Part shown: piece after piece, positions 21,527 through 33,453 of the stretch
How the letters are laid out: each line of letters starts with the position of its first letter
Numbering within the stretch: position 1 is the first letter of the stretch
NCBI GenBank assembly: GCA_047601445.1
Contig: JASGJH010000001.1
Location: forward strand, 8,544,001-8,608,000
Length of the DNA stretch: 64,000 bases
DNA from: Myxococcales bacterium
GTDB lineage: Bacteria; Myxococcota_A; Polyangia; Polyangiales; DASUME01
Reading direction: 5' to 3'
Notes under the pieces: model-generated
What the model was told of the DNA's origin: nothing
Seen by the model: the letters and a program-made list of their open reading frames with translations, nothing else
Database searches by the model: none
Program-made: the position numbers and the translations under genes

Positions 21527-23078
21527 ATGCGGACAGGCAACAAGCGCAGATTCGTTAACGCAGTGCTACAGGCGGCTTCGTGCGTGGCCCTCGGCTCGGC
21601 CGCTGGAGCGCGTGCCGACGCCATCACGGACTGGAACGAAAATGCCGTCAGAGCAAGCAAGGGCTTCGATGGCAGCGCCGGAACGGGGGTGGCGCTCGAC
21701 TCCAACTTCGGCGCTCGCGTGGACGCCATCGTGGCGCGCGCCGCCTTCGACGCCGTGAACTCCATCGATCACTTCTTGCCCGAGGGCTACTACTATTCCG
21801 CGCAAAATACGGGATTCTGCGAGCGCCGCCGCTGCCCAAGCTGCCCACGACGTGCTGCTCGGTCAGTTGCCCGATCCGAGCGTCGACGCCAGCGCGGACG
21901 CGCGCTGGGCGCCCGTGCGGAAGTGGCTCGATGTCGCCCTGAGTGACTATCTCGCGGCCTTGAACGTGGCACCCGACGACGGCGGCGTCGCGGCCGGCAA
22001 GGCGGCGGCCCTGGCGGCCAACGGCGCGCGCAAGTTCGACAACGCGGCGCCCGTGACCAGCTATGGGGCGAACCTCACGCCCGTGTCCAATCCAGGCATT
22101 GGCGTCTGGCGTCAGAGCAATGCCGCTGCGGTGTTCGTCGATCCCGCCACCGGAGCGCCCACGGGCTTCGACGCGGCCGGCGTCATCCAGGGCCGCGCTG
22201 GCGTCGATTTGAACTTCCGCGACGTGCTGCCGTTCAGCTTGAGCGTCCGTGAGCGAGCGTCCCTCGTCTCGCGCGTGCCGCTCTCGCCCGAGGTTGGCAG
22301 CGCCGAGTACGAGCGTGAGCTGGCCTTCGTGAAGTCGGTAGGGCGTGACTCCTCCAGCGTGCGCAGCGCCGATCAGACCGCGCAGGCGCTCTACTACAAG
22401 CAGGACGCCGAGATCTTCGTGTTCGAAGCAGCCCGCGTGGCGGCCCTCGCGCGCGGCCTCACGCTGGATGAGAACGCCGCCCTGTTCGCCGTGTTGGCCA
22501 GCGCCGTGGCCGACGCGCGCATCGCGGCCTTCGCTTCCAAGTACGAGCAGCGCTTCTGGCGCCCCATCACCGCGCTCAACGCCGACGCCGATGGCGCCGT
22601 ACGCAACGGCTACCAGGCCTGGCACCCGCTGGCCGCGACTCCCTCCCATCCCTCCAACACGGCCGGTCACAGCGCCACGGGAGCCGCGGGAGCGGAGATC
22701 CTGCGTGCCTACTTCGGCGACAAGATCCTGCCTTCGGGACGCGCCGTGACCTTGGGCACACTGCCCTGGCTCAGCGGTGGCAACAGCGGGACGGGCAAGG
22801 TCACCACGCGCCAGGTCTCTTCCTTCAGCCAGCTCCAGCTCGAGAACGGCGCGAGCCGCCTGTACCTCGGCGTGCACCACGGCTTCGACAACTACCAGGG
22901 CCAGCTGCTGGGGCTCGCCGTGGCTGACACGGTATTGCTGGGCGACCTGGCGGCGGTGGGCGTGCGCATCCCCGAGTCACCGGCCTCGTTCCTGCGCCTC
23001 GGCGTCACGCTGCTGCTCAAGCCCGAGACCTATGGGTTCTTCGGTCGGAGCACCGAGGCGCCCAAGTCCTGGCGCTGA
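21527..23078 (+). pseudogene. Secreted vanadium-dependent haloperoxidase / PAP2-superfamily protein with a +1 frameshift near 21813 (pseudogene or sequencing error)
   Basis: Signal peptide and ITDWN..A in frame 21527; continues in the next frame as SASAAAAQAAHDVL; KY...FWRP, HPSNTAGHS, SRLYLGVH. Confidence 0.8.
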
Positions 23079-23159
23079 GAAAGGCCCGCGATCAGCGCGG
23101 GGCTGCCCGCAACCTCGGCCAAACACCGCAGTTGACCGGCCTTCCTTGTCGTAATACAC

Positions 23160-24542
23160 ATGATGACAATGAAGCGCCTCCGAGGTCTCCACGCGTTGCT
23201 CCACGACGGCGTCGAAGCGATCGTCGACCTCGTGCAGGAAACCCACGAATCGGTTGCGAAAAAGCCCGAGCGGCTGCTCGGTGATGTGCCCGGTCTGGGC
23301 GAGGGCGCTGCGGTGGTCGGTGCGCTGCACGGCGGGATCGCGAGCCTGGTCTACGACAGCATTCGGCTGGTCAATCGCGGCGTGGAGGCGGTGGGAGGCC
23401 TCGCCGTGGACGCGGCCGATCGCAGCGGCGTGGGGCAACTGGTGGCGGAGCAGGCCTCTTTCGCGCTCGATCCGCAGGTGGCCCGCGAGCTCACCTGGTG
23501 GAGCGACACGGCGCAGAGCGCCCTCAACGCGTGGGCGGGAGATTTCCTGGCGCGCCGTGAAAACGCGCTCTCGATCCCGCTCGAGTTCTTCGTGGCGGGC
23601 AAGTCCGTGGCCTGCACACCCGAGGCACTGCGCGCGGCGCTCCCCAACGCCACGGGCAAGCTGTGCATCTTCGTGCACGGCCTCGGCTGCACCGACGCCA
23701 CCTGGAGCTTCCGCGCGCGCGAGCAATACGGTGATCCCGACGCCAACTACGGCAGCTTCTTGGGGTCGGAGCTCGGCTACAGCGCGATCTACGTCCGCTA
23801 CAACACGGGCCTGCACATCTCGCAGAACGCGCGCGCGTTGGCGGGCGCTATCGATGCGCTGCTCGCGGCGTACCCGCTGCCCGTGGAAGAACTCGCAATC
23901 GTGGGCCACTCCATGGGTGGCTTGGTGGCACGCGGGGCTGCTCACTACGCGCAGCTCGAACAGCGGCCCTGGGTTCAGCGACTGCGCCACCTCTTGTGCA
24001 TCGGTTCGCCGCACGTCGGGGCGTCGCTCGAGCGCGCCACCAACGTGTTTACCCATGTGTTGATGCGCTTCGACACGCCCGGCACCCAGGTCCCCGCCAA
24101 GCTGCTCAACACGCGCAGCGCCGGCATCAAGGATCTGCGCTTCGGCTACGTGCTGGATGAGGACTGGACCGATCGGGATCCCGACGCCTTGCTGCGCGAC
24201 GAGCGCAACGACGTGCCGTTGGTGTCGGGGGTGACCTATGGCTTCATCGCGGCCACCTTCACGCGCGATCCGGAGCATCCCCTGGGACGCTTGCTCGGCG
24301 ACATGTTGGTGAGCGTGCCGAGTGCGCTCGGTCACTGCCCCGAGGGACGCCACGTGCGCTTCGACCTCGGGGAGGTGGTGTTCGGCGTGCATCACATCGC
24401 GATGCTCAACCATCCCGAAATCTACCAGCTCGTGCGGCGCTTCTTGTCGAGTCAGATTCTCGACGTCGCTTGCGAAGAGGTGTCCGAGACGGGCCCACTG
24501 CTGTTGCCCGCCGAGACGCCTGCAGAGACTCGAGAGAGCTGA
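23160..24542 (+). CDS. Alpha/beta hydrolase (PGAP1-like lipase)
   Basis: FVHGL, YNTGLHIS.N, GHSMGG, GSPH.GA.LE, GD.LV. Confidence 0.88.
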   Translation: MMTMKRLRGLHALLHDGVEAIVDLVQETHESVAKKPERLLGDVPGLGEGAAVVGALHGGIASLVYDSIRLVNRGVEAVGGLAVDAADRSGVGQLVAEQASFALDPQVARELTWWSDTAQSALNAWAGDFLARRENALSIPLEFFVAGKSVACTPEALRAALPNATGKLCIFVHGLGCTDATWSFRAREQYGDPDANYGSFLGSELGYSAIYVRYNTGLHISQNARALAGAIDALLAAYPLPVEELAIVGHSMGGLVARGAAHYAQLEQRPWVQRLRHLLCIGSPHVGASLERATNVFTHVLMRFDTPGTQVPAKLLNTRSAGIKDLRFGYVLDEDWTDRDPDALLRDERNDVPLVSGVTYGFIAATFTRDPEHPLGRLLGDMLVSVPSALGHCPEGRHVRFDLGEVVFGVHHIAMLNHPEIYQLVRRFLSSQILDVACEEVSETGPLLLPAETPAETRES

Positions 24543-24548
24543 ACGCGC

Positions 24549-25877
24549 TCAGACCAGGGACACGCGGCCCGGATCGAGTGTGGGGCGCGAGGCCCGTGAG
24601 TGAGCCTGTTTGAGCTGGTTCTCGATGATGGTCACGGAGCGACTCAGCGCATCGTAGAGCTTGTACTCATCCGCCAGTGCGCGCGCCTGCGTGCGATAGC
24701 GCGGGTCGTCCAGCACCTGCATGACCGCCTTGCGCACCGCCTCGGGAGTCGGCTTGCCGGTCTTGAGGTTGATGCCCACGCCCGACCAGGCCACGCGTGC
24801 CGCGACCTCGGGCTTGTCCTCCGAAGCACCGGCGACCACCAGCGGCACGCCGTAGGAGAGCGCCATCTGCACGCCGCCGTAGCCGCCGTTGGTGAGCATC
24901 ACGGAGGTCTTGGGTAGGAGCTCGGGGTAGGAGATGAAGGGAGCCACGCGCGCGTTCTTGGGCAGCGTTCCGAGCTTGAGGCTCTCCAGCGGGCGATTGC
25001 CGGTGGAGATCACCACGAGCACGTTCTGGTCTGCGAGTCCTGCGAGGGCCGGTGCGAACAGGTCGGGGTTGGTGTTCGCCACCGTGCCTTGCGTGATGTG
25101 GACCACGGGGCGGGTTCCATCGAGCTCGGACCAGAACGAAGGCTGCGGCACGTCTTGCGGCCGCTCGGCCGGCATCATGCCCACGAAGTGCACGTGACTC
25201 GGCAGGTTGCTGCGTGGGTACTCGAAGCTCGGCACCGTCGGCTGCAGGTAGAAGGAAGCGCGCGTGCCCATGTCGAGCCACCAGCCCGTCGGAGCCAGAC
25301 CCACGCCTGCACGCGTGCGGTTCCAGTGTGTTTGAGTATCGCGCAGAGCGACGTTCTGCACGAACGCGTGCAGCATCTTGTTGCGCTGGCGGCCGAGGAA
25401 CGAGGCGCTCGGTTGGATGCCGAAGCCGAACGGTGCGACTTCGTCTGCGCTGAGGCCGAGCGGCATCACGCCGAAGGTGCCGATGGGGGGACCGCCACGC
25501 TCGAACAGGAAGAGCCCGCCAATCATCCCGGGATTGCCCAGCACGAGGTCCGCCGGGAACTCCTCGATCACAGCTGTGAGATCCGCTAGCTGGTCCGGGG
25601 CCGCGTCGATGAAGACGTGCTTCATGTCGAACTTGAGCTGGTTGATGCCGCTCAACTTGGAGCGCTCTGGAAACGCCGCATCCAGCTCCGACTCGTCGAT
25701 GTCACGGGCGCGCGTGTAGCCGAAGAAACGAGCGCCCGTGCGCTCCACGCGAGCGCGATGCTTCTCACCCGTGTACCAGGCGACCTGATGGCCGCGTGCG
25801 ACGAGCGCGCGCGCCAGGGGCAGCATGGGCGCGATGTGACCGATGATGGGGACCGTTGCGATGAGGATGCGAGCCAT
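24549..25877 (-). CDS. Family 1 (MGT/UGT-like) glycosyltransferase
   Basis: IIGHIAPML, TQGT, TNGGYGG, EDKPEVAARVAWSGVG. Confidence 0.92.
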   Translation of the reverse strand: MARILIATVPIIGHIAPMLPLARALVARGHQVAWYTGEKHRARVERTGARFFGYTRARDIDESELDAAFPERSKLSGINQLKFDMKHVFIDAAPDQLADLTAVIEEFPADLVLGNPGMIGGLFLFERGGPPIGTFGVMPLGLSADEVAPFGFGIQPSASFLGRQRNKMLHAFVQNVALRDTQTHWNRTRAGVGLAPTGWWLDMGTRASFYLQPTVPSFEYPRSNLPSHVHFVGMMPAERPQDVPQPSFWSELDGTRPVVHITQGTVANTNPDLFAPALAGLADQNVLVVISTGNRPLESLKLGTLPKNARVAPFISYPELLPKTSVMLTNGGYGGVQMALSYGVPLVVAGASEDKPEVAARVAWSGVGINLKTGKPTPEAVRKAVMQVLDDPRYRTQARALADEYKLYDALSRSVTIIENQLKQAHSRASRPTLDPGRVSLV

Positions 25878-25956
25878 GGGGTCTTCCGTAGGGGTGCCCG
25901 ATCCTACGGAGTCTGAACCAGGCAATCGCCGCGGCCCCGGGGGCTTTAGGAACTTT

Positions 25957-27690
25957 TTAGGGCTCGGGCGCGACCGTGGTGTCCCCGGCGGGTGCTTGCT
26001 GCGGTGCTTGGAGGCCGGGGGAAGTCGGGGCAGGTGCGATTGGTGCGGACGCGGGGTGCCGAGCAGGAGCAGGCACAGGAGCAGTCTTGGGAGCGACTGC
26101 GTCGGGCGGGTTGTTGGCGGGCATACGTCCAGGTGCCGGCGCGGCGGGGCGCGGCAAGGGCAAACTCGGCGCGGGCGCAACCTTGGCGGGCGCTGCAGGA
26201 GGCGTGGGCGCGGGCGTGCTGCCAGGCCGGCGGAAGCGCTCGAGGGCAATGGCCAGGGCCGCCTCGGCTTCGTTGCCGACCGTATATTCGGTGGGCCAGC
26301 CCTCTCCCGTGACCGGAATCAAGTCGCCCAGGTGCTGCCGAATCCGCCAGGCATCCTCGGCCGTGCCACGCGCGGCGAAGTAGCGCAGCGCGATGACCCG
26401 GTTCCACCAGAACACCGAGTGCACCTTCTCGCCCAACAGGAGCAGCAGCGAGAGATCCGAGGGGTAGCGGTTCACGCGCTCGCTATAGGCGTCGATCTCC
26501 GACTTGGCGAAGTTCATGTTCCACTGCCGTGGCAGCGCTCGAAAGAAGGCCTGCAGCGACTGTGGGCCGCCGATCTCGAGCAACAACTCGGCCGCCTTCT
26601 GTCGCAGCCCAGCGTGCAAATGGTCGCTGGTGAGGATCAGCAACGACGGCAACAGGTCGCGCGAACGGCTCTCGCCCGCGCGCGCGATGGCGAGCTCGCG
26701 CACGCTCACCGGGGTCTTGTCGTCGAGGGCGAGCTTGAGCAGGGCCGGGATCTGCCGCTCGTCCACGTGTCCTTCGAGCAACGCGAACGCCAATGTGCGC
26801 TCTTCCAGGTCGTAACTGGGCTGCTCCGCGATGGCCAGCAGGCGCGCGCTGGCGGCGGGCTGGTCGGCAAAGCGTCCCAGGGCCGGCAAGAGGCGCTTCT
26901 GCAGGGCGTCCTTGCGGCGGGCATCGATCTGCGCCTCCACCAGTGTGGACTCCGTGTTGGACGCGAAGGCGCCCTCGCGCCGCAGCTGCTCCTCGATCAC
27001 TCGGCGCTGGCGTAGGCTGCGGTAGTCGCCTTCCACTTGCACCAGGCGCACGGCCGCGGCCGCTCGCGTGGGCCCGTCGGCGCGCGCATCGATGATCTGT
27101 ACGAGCCGCTCGAGATTGCGTGGCGTCTGCTCGGCGCTCAGCGCCTTCACCAGCACGGGCGCCGCGTGGAGCCCCATCCGTGCCGCCACGGCCTCGAGCG
27201 AGTACACGCCGCGGTCTGCGCGGGCGTCGAGGTCCTCGACCATCCAACCCAGCAGCTCGGCCCCGAGTTGATTGCGCTCGCTCTCGCCGAGCAGCGGCAA
27301 GAGCTCCACGCCGGCGTCCTTGGCGCGCAGCGCTCGGTCCGAGGGCTCGCGATAGCGGCTGGTCAGCATGCGTGTCGCGAGGCCGGCCTGGAAGGTCGGC
27401 ACGATCTGGTTGCGGGCGTGGGACGACAGGCGCTTGAGGTCGTCGAACAGGACTTCACGTCCGTTGAGGTCGGGCCGCTCGAGGTCGAGCAGATTCAGCG
27501 CAGCGTCCGCGCGCAATCGAGCCGGCCGCGTGCCGTCGAGCAAGATCGCGCGCAGCTTCTCTGGACCCGTGGCCGTGGTTTGAAACGCCTGCAGATCGCG
27601 CTCATCGAGGCTGCAGCCAGATACCGAGCCGAAGCACACCGCCGTCGCAACCAGGACGCCTAGCGTCCGTGCATGCGTTCCCTTCCTCAC
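25957..27690 (-). CDS. HEAT-repeat-like lipoprotein with Pro/Ala-rich tail
   Basis: SVSGC lipobox; all-helical repeats (VRELAIARAGE, RQKAAELL). Confidence 0.7.
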   Translation of the reverse strand: MRKGTHARTLGVLVATAVCFGSVSGCSLDERDLQAFQTTATGPEKLRAILLDGTRPARLRADAALNLLDLERPDLNGREVLFDDLKRLSSHARNQIVPTFQAGLATRMLTSRYREPSDRALRAKDAGVELLPLLGESERNQLGAELLGWMVEDLDARADRGVYSLEAVAARMGLHAAPVLVKALSAEQTPRNLERLVQIIDARADGPTRAAAAVRLVQVEGDYRSLRQRRVIEEQLRREGAFASNTESTLVEAQIDARRKDALQKRLLPALGRFADQPAASARLLAIAEQPSYDLEERTLAFALLEGHVDERQIPALLKLALDDKTPVSVRELAIARAGESRSRDLLPSLLILTSDHLHAGLRQKAAELLLEIGGPQSLQAFFRALPRQWNMNFAKSEIDAYSERVNRYPSDLSLLLLLGEKVHSVFWWNRVIALRYFAARGTAEDAWRIRQHLGDLIPVTGEGWPTEYTVGNEAEAALAIALERFRRPGSTPAPTPPAAPAKVAPAPSLPLPRPAAPAPGRMPANNPPDAVAPKTAPVPAPARHPASAPIAPAPTSPGLQAPQQAPAGDTTVAPEP

Positions 27691-27793
27691 GAATGCGCTC
27701 TTATCCCGAGTCGCACCAAAATGAAAGCCGGGCCGGGGCCCACCCCACCGCGAGGTTCGCTGCGCTCTCGTGGTGCTGCGAACTCATGCCTCG

Positions 27794-29002
27794 TCACGCC
27801 GGGTCGGCTCCGGTGAGTAGCTGGCTCAGGTAGGGAGCCAGCTGGGGCCACTCGTAGACGGCCGCGGTTTCGCGCGCCTCGCGGCTCATCCGGGCGCGTA
27901 GCTGGGCATCGCCCTGCAGGGTCCCGAGCACGCGCGCGAGCTCCGCGCTCTGGCCCGGTGGGACCAAAAAGCCGTTGATCCCCGGCTCGATCAGATCGGG
28001 CGTGCCGCCGCTCTTGCTGGCGATCACGGGCAGCCCCGCCTGCATGGCCTCGAGCAGGCTCGTGGGCATCCCCTCGGTGCGCCCGCTCGCGAGCTCGATG
28101 GAGGGGAGCACGAAGGCGTCCGCGGCCGCGAGCCAGACCTCTTTCTGGGGCCCGAGCACGTGCCCCACGAAGCGCACCGGGGCCGACAGGGCGCGTGCCT
28201 TGCGCTCGAGGGCTGCACGCTCGGGGCCGTCCCCGGCGATCACGAGCTCCGCTCCGGGCAGGGCGCGCACGGCTTCGATGGCGTGCTCGAGCCCCTTGAT
28301 GGGCACCAGACGGCTCAGGCTCAGGACCGTGAAGCGCTGGAGGCCGAGCGCGCGACGCAGCTCCTGGCGCGCGGCCGTGCTCGGGGGCTCCGCGGCGGGT
28401 TCGATGCCCATGGCGCAGACGTGCATGCGCCCGGAGTGTTCGCTGCGCTCCACCGGCTCGAGCAGCGCGCCGAAACGAGAGCGCAGGTTGCGCGAGCTGA
28501 ACAACAGCGCGCTGGCGCCTCGCGCGATGCGGCGGGCGAGCTCTCGACGCAGCGGAAGGCGTTCCAGAAGCGCCACGTCCGCCGAGTGCAACACGGCCAG
28601 GTGCGGGCGCCCTCCGCGCAGCGCTCCTGCGACCAGTGCGCACGGCAAGGCCCAGTGGCTCACCAGCGCGTCCCAGCCGTGTACTTCGCGCGCGGCCGCC
28701 ACGCCGAGTCCGAGCGTGAAGGGGCCGAGTCCCAGGAAGGCTCGCGGATCGCGCCGCAGGTTGTCGAGCACGCCCGCGCCGTAGAAGGTGCGCTCCAGGG
28801 AACGCGGCCTCAAGTACGGCACCCAGCGCAGCGTGACGGGCGAGAAGTCGGGGCGTCCCGCGTCGACCCGCGCTGGCTCGGGCGCGAGCACACGAACCTG
28901 GTGTCCCTGCTCGCTCAGCGCACGCGCGAAGCCGAGCACGAAGTTTCCCGCGATGTCACCCTCGAAGCGGGGAAAGCTCGTGGTCAGGAGCCCGACGCGC
29001 AC
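27794..29002 (-). CDS. Family 4 glycosyltransferase
   Basis: LTTSFPR, RLVPIKG, EGMPTSLLEAM. Confidence 0.92.
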   Translation of the reverse strand: MRVGLLTTSFPRFEGDIAGNFVLGFARALSEQGHQVRVLAPEPARVDAGRPDFSPVTLRWVPYLRPRSLERTFYGAGVLDNLRRDPRAFLGLGPFTLGLGVAAAREVHGWDALVSHWALPCALVAGALRGGRPHLAVLHSADVALLERLPLRRELARRIARGASALLFSSRNLRSRFGALLEPVERSEHSGRMHVCAMGIEPAAEPPSTAARQELRRALGLQRFTVLSLSRLVPIKGLEHAIEAVRALPGAELVIAGDGPERAALERKARALSAPVRFVGHVLGPQKEVWLAAADAFVLPSIELASGRTEGMPTSLLEAMQAGLPVIASKSGGTPDLIEPGINGFLVPPGQSAELARVLGTLQGDAQLRARMSREARETAAVYEWPQLAPYLSQLLTGADPA

Positions 29003-29008
29003 GGCACG

Positions 29009-29787
29009 TCACTCGCGCTCGGCCGCCGAGAAGCGCGGCCACATCGCAGCCCGCAGCGCCCGCCGCAGCAGCACGCGCGCCAGCACGAAGGGCACCACAC
29101 CGAGCGCATGGCGGAGGCCCACGCCGCTGATCTCGTCCGCGTACACCGGTCGCACCACCACCTCGTGCACCCTGAGGCCTCGCTCGGCGAGCATCCCGAG
29201 CAGGTCGTTGGGATACCCGTAGCGTGGCCACAAGCTGTCGAGCGGAAGCGCCGATGCGGCCTTCTGCGAGATGGCCGTGTAGCCGCACTGCGAGTCGCGC
29301 ACGTCGATGCCGGTGACCAGACGCGTCAGCCAGCTCAGGGCCTGATTGCCGAGCCAGCGCGTCCACGGCATGTGCCTGCGCACCTCGGGGAACGAAAGGC
29401 GATCCCCCTTCACGTAATCCGCCTCCCCACGCAGCACGGGCTCGAGCACACGTGGCAAGTCCGAGGGATCCATCTGCGCGTCCCCGGCCATCACCGCGCA
29501 CACCTGGGCGCCGCGCGCGAAGGCCAGCTCGTAGCCAGCGACGATGGCGGCACCCACGCCGCGGTTCTCGGGCAGCCGCACGATCTCTACTCGTGCGTCA
29601 CCCGCCGCCAGAGCGGCCTCGTGCGTGCCGTCGACGCTGCCGTCGTCGACCACCACGATGTGACGCACGAAGGCCGGCACGCGCGCGAGCGTGCGTCCGA
29701 TCAAGCGGGCTTCGTTGTAGGCAGGGACGACCACGGCGATCGCGGCCTCCGCGGCCTGATCGGAGCGCTCGGAGACGACCAGCTGAT

Positions 29788-29791
<4 letters not shown>
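29009..29791 (-). CDS. Family 2 glycosyltransferase (polyprenol-phosphate glycosyltransferase-like)
   Basis: VVPAYNE, VVDDGS.D, DAQ, DSQCGY. Confidence 0.92.
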
Positions 29792-31623
<1,832 letters not shown>

Positions 31624-31731
31624 AATGCCTCCGAGGGGACCGCGACTATAGCCCAGGTCCTCGGCGCAGTCGTCGAACCGACACGCGCCCGGCACGCGGC
31701 CAACACGGGCCGCGCGCTCGGTGTTTCGTGC

Positions 31732-33453
31732 TTACGGCTTGGCGGGTGTGGACGCGGCCGGAGCGGGCGCGACCTGGGCCGGCGCGGCCGGAGCTGGCGC
31801 GGCGGGTGCAGCCGGTGTCGGCGCGGCGGTCGGAGCAGGCGCGAGGGCCGGCGGCGTCGCTGGCGGGGAGGGCGGAGCGGGCGCCACGGCCGGACCCGGT
31901 GCGGGAGGCGCGGGTGGTGCGGCAGGGGCGACCGCAGGGGCGGCCACGGCCGCGGGCGAGCGCAGCGGGTTGCCGTTCACGTCGACCACCGAGACAGGTC
32001 CGAACTTCTCCAGGGCCGGGACCACGTCCGCTGCCTTGCCGACCACCACCACCAGGTCTTGGCTCGGATGGATGTAGGCCTGGGCGGCGGCCAGGGTGGC
32101 ACGGGAGTCGACCTTGCGGATGTTCGAGCGGAAGCTGTCCCAGTAGCCATCGGGCAAGCCGTACACGCGCAGGTCCGACACCAGCTCGGCGATGCGATCG
32201 GCGGTCTCGATCTGCAGCGGGAACGAGTCGGCCAAGAAGCGATGGGCGTCCTCGAGTTCGGCCTGGGGCGGCGCCTCGCGTGTAATGCGATTGAGGTGCT
32301 CGTAGAAGCCGTCCATGGCATCGCCCGTGACCTGGGTGCGCACCGCGGCGGAGGCACGGATGGAGCCGACGTCCACGGTCTCGTCCAGACGCGAGTAGGC
32401 GCCATAGGTGAGGCTGCGCTTCTCGCGCAGGTCCATGAACAGGCGCGAGGCCGCCGAGCCGCCGAGCACCTGGTTGGCCACCATCAAGGGGATGAAGTTC
32501 GGATCGTTGCGCTTGAGCGCCAGGTTGGCGATCACGATCTGCGACTGCACCGACGCGGGCCTGTCCACCACGATGATCTCGCGGCTCGTGCGTGAGGGCG
32601 GCGCGGCGTACACCGGCTCCACGACGGTCTTCTTGGCCCACTTTCCGAACAGCTTCTCCGCCGAGGCCTTGACCTGCTCCGGCGTCACGTCGCCCACCAC
32701 TACCAGGAACGCGTTGTTGGGCGCGAAGTGCGCGCCGTGGAACGCCACGAGGTCGGTGCGCTTGAGCTTCTTCACCGCCTTTTCGTTGGTGTCGATTCGC
32801 GAGTAGGGGTGCTGTCCGTAGAGCGCCTTGCTGAGCTCACGACGGGCCAGCCACACCGGCTTGTCCATCTTCAGCGTGAGGTCATCGAGCGTGCGCTTCT
32901 TGAGCTTGTCGAGCTCCTTCTGATCCAGCAGGGGCGTCAGCGCTGCCTCGGCCACCAGGGCGAGCGCGGCGTCGAAGTGCTCGCTCATGGAGTTCATGCT
33001 GATGCGCAGGGTCTCCTGGCCCGCGCCCGTGTTGAGGTGTGCGCCCAGGAACTCTACGGCCTCGGCGAACTGCGCCGAGCTCTTCTTCTTGGTGCCTTCC
33101 TTGAGCATGTCTGCGAGCAAGCTGGCCGTGCCCGGAAGCTCGGCGGGATCGCTCGCGCTGCCGCTCTGAATCACCAGCTCCATGCTCACGATGGGCAGCT
33201 GCGTCTGCCGCACCACCTCGAGCGTGAGGCCGTTCTCGAGCGCGACGTGGTGCACCTCGGGGAACGAGATGTCGCGCGCCACGGCCGACTTGGGCGGCGG
33301 CTGCCGTGCGGGCATGGCCGGTTCGACCGCAGCGGTGGCGTCGGGGGCAGGCGCGCTGGGCGTCGCCGGGGCGGGCTTGGGAGCGCTCGCACAGCTCGCG
33401 ACGAACAACAGGGCGCCGAGGCTCAAGCTGCCTTGGATCATGGGGGCTTTCAC
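31732..33453 (-). CDS. M16 peptidase family lipoprotein, non-catalytic subunit
   Basis: VASC lipobox; LENGL, SRLFMDLREKRSLTYG; no HXXEH. Confidence 0.88.
   Translation of the reverse strand: MKAPMIQGSLSLGALLFVASCASAPKPAPATPSAPAPDATAAVEPAMPARQPPPKSAVARDISFPEVHHVALENGLTLEVVRQTQLPIVSMELVIQSGSASDPAELPGTASLLADMLKEGTKKKSSAQFAEAVEFLGAHLNTGAGQETLRISMNSMSEHFDAALALVAEAALTPLLDQKELDKLKKRTLDDLTLKMDKPVWLARRELSKALYGQHPYSRIDTNEKAVKKLKRTDLVAFHGAHFAPNNAFLVVVGDVTPEQVKASAEKLFGKWAKKTVVEPVYAAPPSRTSREIIVVDRPASVQSQIVIANLALKRNDPNFIPLMVANQVLGGSAASRLFMDLREKRSLTYGAYSRLDETVDVGSIRASAAVRTQVTGDAMDGFYEHLNRITREAPPQAELEDAHRFLADSFPLQIETADRIAELVSDLRVYGLPDGYWDSFRSNIRKVDSRATLAAAQAYIHPSQDLVVVVGKAADVVPALEKFGPVSVVDVNGNPLRSPAAVAAPAVAPAAPPAPPAPGPAVAPAPPSPPATPPALAPAPTAAPTPAAPAAPAPAAPAQVAPAPAASTPAKP

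Noticed and set aside
31624..31731. glmS ribozyme
   Set aside because: Leader is short and GC-rich, and lacks the conserved ribozyme core.
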